A program made the translations under genes and the position numbers. A DNA stretch of 14,855 nucleotides from a bacterium (GTDB lineage Bacteria; Zhuqueibacterota; Zhuqueibacteria; Oceanimicrobiales; Oceanimicrobiaceae), in assembly GCA_046758365.1 (NCBI GenBank), contig JBHIAC010000082.1:1-14855 (forward strand). Direction: 5' to 3'. The notes under the pieces are model-generated. The model was given only the letters and a program-made list of their open reading frames with translations. It ran no database searches and had not been told where the DNA came from. Below are positions 9,309 to 14,855 of the stretch, one piece after another; position 1 is the stretch's first letter; every line of letters starts with the position of its first letter.

Positions 9309-9726
9309 GAGCTCTTCCTCGTTTAGATTCGTTAAAATTGAAAGTGAGAAAATGATAAAGTTGTTTTTTCATATGCAATATCTATATTTTCGAAAGTATC
9401 TATATGAAATTAGAAAATATTCTTAGACAAATCCTCATTTTATGATACGAGAAGTCCGTTCACATATAATATTTCCTTTTATGTGCAAGATGACTGGTAT
9501 ACTCCTTTTTAAAAGCCTTGAGAATCTCCACTTCAAGAGCTTAGTATCTTATGGATTTTTTATTTAGTCCAAATATTGATTTTGGCTACCTCCCTATTGG
9601 ATAAGAAAAAATGGATACGATAACACCAAGATTCTACTGGATTTTGATCTATGAAAGATGTTATTTTGGTTTGTTTATTAGAGATAATCCTGTCGTCAAT
9701 ATATAAAGATCAAGTTGGGTGAGCAA

Positions 9727-11214
9727 ATGGCCCTTGGTAAAAAATTCATTCGAACTACGCTTATTAGTGGCATCAGATTCGCTTCAATACGCATTAGCTC
9801 ACTCGTGTACTTAATGATTATGGCGAGATGGCTCTTAACAAGTGATATGGGGATTATTGTATCTTTAGGCATCGGGATAGTATTAATACCCAAAGTCGTC
9901 ATCGACTGGCTCGGTTGGATTATGCAACAGAAATCCCTGTCCGTAGCCGATGAAAATTTATCAAGAAACATTATTAGTGAGATTTCTTATAATATTCTCC
10001 TTGTTGGTTTTATATTCTGCCCGTTTTTGGCAATTTTATACCTGTTCTTTATGAATATACACTTCCCTTCAACTTTGGGGTTTCTGTTTCTATTAGTAGT
10101 ATCTTTGGAAGTGCCTGTACAACTTTTCTTGAATGTGGAGGCAGCAAAACTAAATCTTGAGTTTAGAATCATCATTATACTTTTACTAGCTATACTGAAC
10201 TACGTTCAAGCCATTTTTCTATATCTCATATTCAATTCTATTGAATTCATATTGGTTGCCTGGATTTTAACTGAGATTATAGTCTTTCTTATACTTCTTT
10301 ATCGGAATTGGACCATTTTCCACGGTCGTACTAGATTTTTGGGGACCCGACATATATTTAAATTTGGAATTCCCGTTTTTTTCTTATTTTTATTTAAGAA
10401 ACTCTCGTCTACTATCGATCGAATTGTGATAGGAGCTTTTCTGAACCAAGAAACTCTGGCTATCTATCATCTTACCTATCGAATTATCGATATATTTGCT
10501 CAAGGGATTCTTACCATTACGATTGCAATTATTCCAATTATCATGAAGTTAGAAAGTTTTAATATAAAAAGATCCCAACTGGTTTTCATTGGTTCACTTA
10601 AGACAGTCTCGCTGATGATTCTAGCAATATTTCCTATTCTCATCATGTTCCCACGTTTTGTTATCTCCATAATATTAGGCGAAAAATACATGCCTGGAGC
10701 ATCTCTTTTATCGATACTATCGATTGTGGCAATTTTGGATATCATTTCTACAATCATTATTCAATTTAGAGGAGCAAAAGGCGAAACTAAGGTCATGTTA
10801 AATTATGCTTTATGTTATTTTTTCCCCCAACTACTTGCTTTTCTTATTTTATTTCGTTTTGGAGTAATGGGAATTGCATTCTCAAGAGCATTTGGGGGAA
10901 TCATTTCATTTGTTTATATTATTGGGACAAGTTCTTTGATCAAAAAAATGCCGAGAATATTCTATGGGAAAATCCTGCTGCTTACAGCTTCTATAGGATT
11001 GACACTCTGGATTACAACACAATATGTACATATGATAATAGCTTTAACGGTCTCAATCGGGGTTCTACTATTTGTATCAAGCGTTTTTAAATTTTATTCG
11101 GAGGAAGAACTTAATGCAATAGCACGAGGTCTTCCCTCTGAAGTGCAACCCCTCTTTATGATATATAGACGTATTGAAAACTTTTTTTCTTTTGAGGAGC
11201 CAAAGATAGATTAA
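9727..11214 (+). CDS. Wzx/MOP-superfamily oligosaccharide flippase
   Basis: About 495 aa with many hydrophobic segments; IDRIVIGAFL...LAIYHL and ILGEKY motifs typical of polysaccharide exporters. ATG 9727 follows a GGGTGAG SD; the ORF track starts at TTG 9715. Confidence 0.85.
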   Translation: MALGKKFIRTTLISGIRFASIRISSLVYLMIMARWLLTSDMGIIVSLGIGIVLIPKVVIDWLGWIMQQKSLSVADENLSRNIISEISYNILLVGFIFCPFLAILYLFFMNIHFPSTLGFLFLLVVSLEVPVQLFLNVEAAKLNLEFRIIIILLLAILNYVQAIFLYLIFNSIEFILVAWILTEIIVFLILLYRNWTIFHGRTRFLGTRHIFKFGIPVFFLFLFKKLSSTIDRIVIGAFLNQETLAIYHLTYRIIDIFAQGILTITIAIIPIIMKLESFNIKRSQLVFIGSLKTVSLMILAIFPILIMFPRFVISIILGEKYMPGASLLSILSIVAILDIISTIIIQFRGAKGETKVMLNYALCYFFPQLLAFLILFRFGVMGIAFSRAFGGIISFVYIIGTSSLIKKMPRIFYGKILLLTASIGLTLWITTQYVHMIIALTVSIGVLLFVSSVFKFYSEEELNAIARGLPSEVQPLFMIYRRIENFFSFEEPKID

Positions 11215-11244
11215 TTATTTAAAAAATGATCGCGGGGCCAGCTA

Positions 11245-12717
11245 ATGAATCACAAGGTAGCAGTTATTGGATTAGATGGGATGTCATGGCCTCTTTTAAT
11301 CAAACTTTTTGAATATAATGCAATGCCTACTCTTAGGAGAATAACAAAGAATTCGTCAAATGGTGTATTAGTATCAACGATTCCACCACTTAGCCCTTTA
11401 GCATGGACAAACATTGCCTCAGGAGTCAATCCTGGAAAACATGGGGTTTTCAATTTTATACGTTTTACCAAAAATTATGAAACTCGAATCATGTCTTCTA
11501 AATACGTTTGTTATCCAAGGCTTCATGAAATGGTTGCGTTAAAGGGATTAAAAAGCGTGTGTGTAAATCAACCACTTACCTATCCCCTCATCAAAATTAA
11601 GAAATCTATGGTAATATCAGATTGGATCGCTCCCAGATTAGATTGCTACCCTAAGTCATTACAAAAGTACATGCATAATTATGCTTCATATGCATTAGAT
11701 CGAAAAATCAGAGATAATATTCGCTTTTTACCAAAACTCTATGAGTACACCAAAAAAAGGGTTGATACCGTAAATCGAATGATGAAACAATTAGATTGGG
11801 ATTTATTTTGGGTAATTTATTCCGAACCAGACGTTATTTCTCATTTTTATTATAAAAAAGTGATTAGGGGAGATATTTCACTGTTAAAGATATTTGAAGC
11901 TCTTGATGAAACGATTAAAAAAGCAAGTGAACTTTCAGATATAATCCTGATAGTTTCTGATCACGGTTTTGCAGAATACAAGTTTTTGTTCTGTCCAAAT
12001 TGCTTTTTAGATCACCTTGGCTTGATATCAAAAACAAAAAATCAAATTATCAAAAACCCAGCTGAAATCCATGTAAAACATCACAAACTTCAATTCAATC
12101 TTCCAACGAACTTTTACAATTTATTTTCAATAGAACCACTCAGATCGTTCGTAAAAAAAGCCCTTAAATTAATTTATAAAAGAAACATCAAAATACAAAC
12201 TGCTTATGTCGATCCTAAGCGATCCAAAGCCTTTCTCATGTCAGATCATGGCATACATGTTAAAACAAATACTGATATCAATACTATAGAAAGTGAACTA
12301 CGAAAGTTGAACTTCATTAAACAGGTTTTTATTCGAGAAAAAATCTATAATGGGGCGTATGTCGAGAAAGCTCCTCATATACTGTTTACATATAAAGAAG
12401 GTTACACTACAAGGTCGGGTTCAGTTTTAGGAAGAATGTTACAAAAATTTCCGACTTACAAACACCATCGCGATGGCATTATTATTGTACATGGGCAAGA
12501 TGTGGAAGTACAAAAACTTGGGCGAATTGTTACCTGTGATATAGTTCCAACAATTCTAAACTATTTAGGACTGCCTCCTCCGAACGATACAGATGGAAAA
12601 CATATTCCTTGTATCCCAGAAAAACAAATTAAGCCAAAAACCTTTAATTACCTAAATCATTGGCAACTGATTAAAAAAATCCATCAAGTGAAACGAAAAC
12701 TTACTAAAATTACATAA
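11245..12717 (+). CDS. Alkaline phosphatase superfamily protein (type I phosphodiesterase / nucleotide pyrophosphatase-like)
   Basis: VIGLDG, STIPPLSPLAWTNIASGVNPGKHG, SEPDVISH, IVSDHGF and DIVPTIL; no obvious signal peptide; 30 bp after the flippase. Confidence 0.88.
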   Translation: MNHKVAVIGLDGMSWPLLIKLFEYNAMPTLRRITKNSSNGVLVSTIPPLSPLAWTNIASGVNPGKHGVFNFIRFTKNYETRIMSSKYVCYPRLHEMVALKGLKSVCVNQPLTYPLIKIKKSMVISDWIAPRLDCYPKSLQKYMHNYASYALDRKIRDNIRFLPKLYEYTKKRVDTVNRMMKQLDWDLFWVIYSEPDVISHFYYKKVIRGDISLLKIFEALDETIKKASELSDIILIVSDHGFAEYKFLFCPNCFLDHLGLISKTKNQIIKNPAEIHVKHHKLQFNLPTNFYNLFSIEPLRSFVKKALKLIYKRNIKIQTAYVDPKRSKAFLMSDHGIHVKTNTDINTIESELRKLNFIKQVFIREKIYNGAYVEKAPHILFTYKEGYTTRSGSVLGRMLQKFPTYKHHRDGIIIVHGQDVEVQKLGRIVTCDIVPTILNYLGLPPPNDTDGKHIPCIPEKQIKPKTFNYLNHWQLIKKIHQVKRKLTKIT

Positions 12718-12826
12718 CGTTTGTTCGTTAGATGAAATTCCAAATGATTTGAAATATTAGTTGCGATACGACTTCTAGATGGATTTATTTTACTTTTTGA
12801 ATTAAAAATGCTGACTGAATATTTAT

Positions 12827-13291
12827 TTACCATTTTATAACATGTTCGCTGACTAAACGTAATAAAGGCAAGAATAATCGTTTCCGTAAACGAATACGCC
12901 AATTCCTTGCCCAAAAGAAATTTAAAATCCATTTTAAAGTTTTAAATTTCTTAATTGGTATTTTTGTTCCGTTCTTTCGAATAATCCATTTATGCTTTGA
13001 CCTCCCTCGACTAAACCATAGCTCCCAAAAAAATGAGGGGAAACTAGCGTATCCATGTCGTGCAACTCTCTTTAATTCACTTAAAGTCAAATTTGGATTA
13101 TTAACATGCTCTAGTACATGACTACAATATACAAAACTGAATATTCCAGTTTTAAAAGGCAGAAATTGAATATCACAGTAAACAAACGGTTTGTCTACAT
13201 TTTCTACCTTAACATAGAGATCACAGAGAACGTCTGCGTAGGGAAATGGTCTAAATCCACTACCCGCATCTAGCACTAAACGGTTTTTCAT
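12827..13291 (-). CDS. Small class I SAM-dependent methyltransferase (Methyltransf_11-like)
   Basis: VLDAGSG (motif I), CDIQFLPF, FSFVYCSHVLEHV and ELKRVAR. Confidence 0.85.
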   Translation of the reverse strand: MKNRLVLDAGSGFRPFPYADVLCDLYVKVENVDKPFVYCDIQFLPFKTGIFSFVYCSHVLEHVNNPNLTLSELKRVARHGYASFPSFFWELWFSRGRSKHKWIIRKNGTKIPIKKFKTLKWILNFFWARNWRIRLRKRLFLPLLRLVSEHVIKW

Positions 13292-13551
13292 TTTTATAGT
13301 ACTCCTGATTATTTAATAAGGTCAAATTTCATCGAATTTTCACTCAATTTTTTAAGACATTCTCATTTTCGCTTAACAGATATTTTTCTAAAATAATTTT
13401 AATAAATATTTTAAAATCCATTTATTATAAAGGCTGTAATCGCTTTAGGATTTCGATATATCATAAAGAAGGTGTGAACAATGACCCCTAATCAGTTTTT
13501 TCTCAATTTTAAGATAAACTTACATGAATATGATGTTTACGTATATTCCAA

Positions 13552-14370
13552 TTAATGATTCTTAATATATGACATCAATATTCTGTTTAACTTACGTTTT
13601 TGTTCAATTTGTATGAAATGTTTAAATCTCTTCGATATTTTAAACGAATACGCAAAGACACGGAAAATAATAAATGTGAAGAGCATAATCAATCCCCGAA
13701 TCCCTTTAATGACTGCCCGACCCACCAGATAGGGGAAAAAATACCGTAGAATCGCACAACTTACCCCTGTTCGATACGCAGATTTCAGTGAAGCTGCAGT
13801 ACGACGTAATGGATGCATTTGCGCCTTTTCAACCAACAAAATTTTCCGTTTGTGTAGTTTAGCTATATAGTTATGAAATGTGTCCCAAGCGGGCATCGAT
13901 GGGAAGAGTTTTAGTTTTTCCATGAATTCTCGGGTGTAGATCCTTCCGCACCCTCTGGGTTCTTCTGTTCTTTCGCCAGCTATTACTCCCGAAATAATAT
14001 CAATGTGTTCTGCTCGCATTATTGTTAATAACTTTGAATAATATCCTTTCTCCAGAACTACATCACCATCTAACACACTTAAATAGTCCCAATCGTCAAA
14101 TAGCCAAAGTTTCTGCAACGCATAATTTAAGGCATCTACGTGGGAACTGATTGTCCTTTTATTGCGATGCGGATTAAGAAACACCCTTATCCATGGCTGT
14201 GTGTGAGCAAATGCCTGTAAAATCCGTAGGGAATCATCAATGGATCCATCATCTACTATAAGATGGTGTTGTGGCAATATATATTGATGTTGGATACTTG
14301 TCAACATCTGTGGTAAATTGGTTGCCTCATTTCTGACCGCACTAATGATCGCATATCGTAATTGTGGCAA
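13552..14370 (-). CDS. Family 2 glycosyltransferase
   Basis: IISAVRNEA, IVDDGSID, DxD motif LDGD, WDT and a hydrophobic C-terminal segment. Probable start is the in-frame TTG at 14370; the track's extension to 14472 is antisense to a transposase fragment. Confidence 0.85.
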   Translation of the reverse strand: MPQLRYAIISAVRNEATNLPQMLTSIQHQYILPQHHLIVDDGSIDDSLRILQAFAHTQPWIRVFLNPHRNKRTISSHVDALNYALQKLWLFDDWDYLSVLDGDVVLEKGYYSKLLTIMRAEHIDIISGVIAGERTEEPRGCGRIYTREFMEKLKLFPSMPAWDTFHNYIAKLHKRKILLVEKAQMHPLRRTAASLKSAYRTGVSCAILRYFFPYLVGRAVIKGIRGLIMLFTFIIFRVFAYSFKISKRFKHFIQIEQKRKLNRILMSYIKNH

Positions 14371-14381
14371 ATTATTCGCCT

Positions 14382-14555
14382 GTTCCTTTATACAGGGTTG
14401 CAGCGGAGTATTGGAAACGTTTCGATATTGAGTCCTGCTATAGGAAGATGAACATAGCCCTATGGCACACAAGCAGAAGGAGTATGACGCTGTGGCGGCT
14501 TTATTTAGGTTTGAGCCTCCTGTTCCAGAACATTGGGATTGAGGCGCTGGGTTAA
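14382..14555 (+). pseudogene. Degenerate C-terminal fragment of an IS4-superfamily (ISH3-like) DDE transposase
   Basis: EYWKRFDIESCYRKM...HTSRRS...RLYLGLSLLFQN resembles the YxxRF/WxIExxYR signature and downstream TTSR...RLxY...LLxN region of ISH3-type transposases. No N-terminal portion or terminal repeats seen; boundaries approximate. Confidence 0.7.
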
Positions 14556-14634
14556 GTTGTTGAAAGCGATTCCACAGTAGTATTGATCAGATAAGATGGT
14601 TATATAATTATTCACAATCCAAAAACTGTGGGAG

Positions 14635-14855
14635 TTAGTTAAAGTCATTGTAATTAATACTGTATATTCGAACCCAATTGTTCGTGGTTGAATACTCCTC
14701 CCTGAAGCCTTTTGGAAGTGTATCGACTGTTGGCGCATTTTTCATCGTTATAAAAGTTTGTTGCAACTCGGTAATGAGGGATCCGAGATTATAGAGAGCT
14801 AGCTGATAAATAGTTGAATTCCAGTATTTGTCGGTAAAGGTCTCTTCAGGTTGAG
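14635..14855 (-). CDS. aglB: 3' end of a probable AglB/STT3 oligosaccharyltransferase (partial, enters from the right edge)
   Basis: Hand translation, open from the edge to TAA 14637-14635: QPEETFTDKYWNSTIYQLALYNLG...LPKGFREEYSTTNNWVRIYSINYNDFN*. NSTIYQL and FREEYSTTNNWVRIY resemble the STT3 C-terminal NxLMYK and EEAYTTEHWLVRIY segments. The WWDYG motif lies outside the window. Confidence 0.7.
   Translation of the reverse strand, partial: QPEETFTDKYWNSTIYQLALYNLGSLITELQQTFITMKNAPTVDTLPKGFREEYSTTNNWVRIYSINYNDFN

Noticed and set aside
8989..9426. 145-aa plus-strand ORF
   Set aside because: Antisense shadow of the aminotransferase; no recognisable motifs.
4482..12932. Other 60-92 aa ORFs nested in or antisense to the main genes
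   Set aside because: They overlap confident CDSs and have no motifs or independent translation signals.
14371..14472. N-terminal extension of GT2 in the ORF track
   Set aside because: No GT2-like character; it is the antisense of the transposase remnant.
14572..14632. CCACAGT/ACTGTGG inverted pair as IS terminal repeats
   Set aside because: Only 7 bp, and both arms lie on the same side of the transposase fragment.
14505..14738. 77-aa minus-strand ORF
   Set aside because: Out of frame with, and overlapping, the better-supported AglB/STT3-like frame and the IS fragment; no motifs.
1..14855. CRISPR arrays, tRNA/rRNA genes, defence or retroelement systems
   Set aside because: No regularly spaced repeats, RNA-gene-like GC-rich structured segments, or nuclease/RT motifs were seen by eye; covariance-model searches were not run.

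Overview
Archaeal genomic window, probably Asgard-like (inference). It is mostly a protein N-glycosylation locus next to the housekeeping gene tgtA (archaeosine tRNA-guanine transglycosylase). From left to right: a partial DUF2334-type deacetylase gene, tgtA, and a split, translationally coupled alg14-alg13 pair lying head-to-head with a DPAGT1/Alg7-type aglH. Next come all four enzymes of a WbpA/B/E/D-like UDP-2,3-diacetamido-uronic acid pathway, a Wzx-like flippase, an alkaline-phosphatase-superfamily protein, a small SAM methyltransferase, a GT2 glycosyltransferase and a decayed ISH3/IS4-like transposase fragment. At the right edge is the 3' end of a probable AglB/STT3 oligosaccharyltransferase. 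The two edge genes are absent from the ORF track and were translated by hand. All family calls come from motif recognition; no searches were run.
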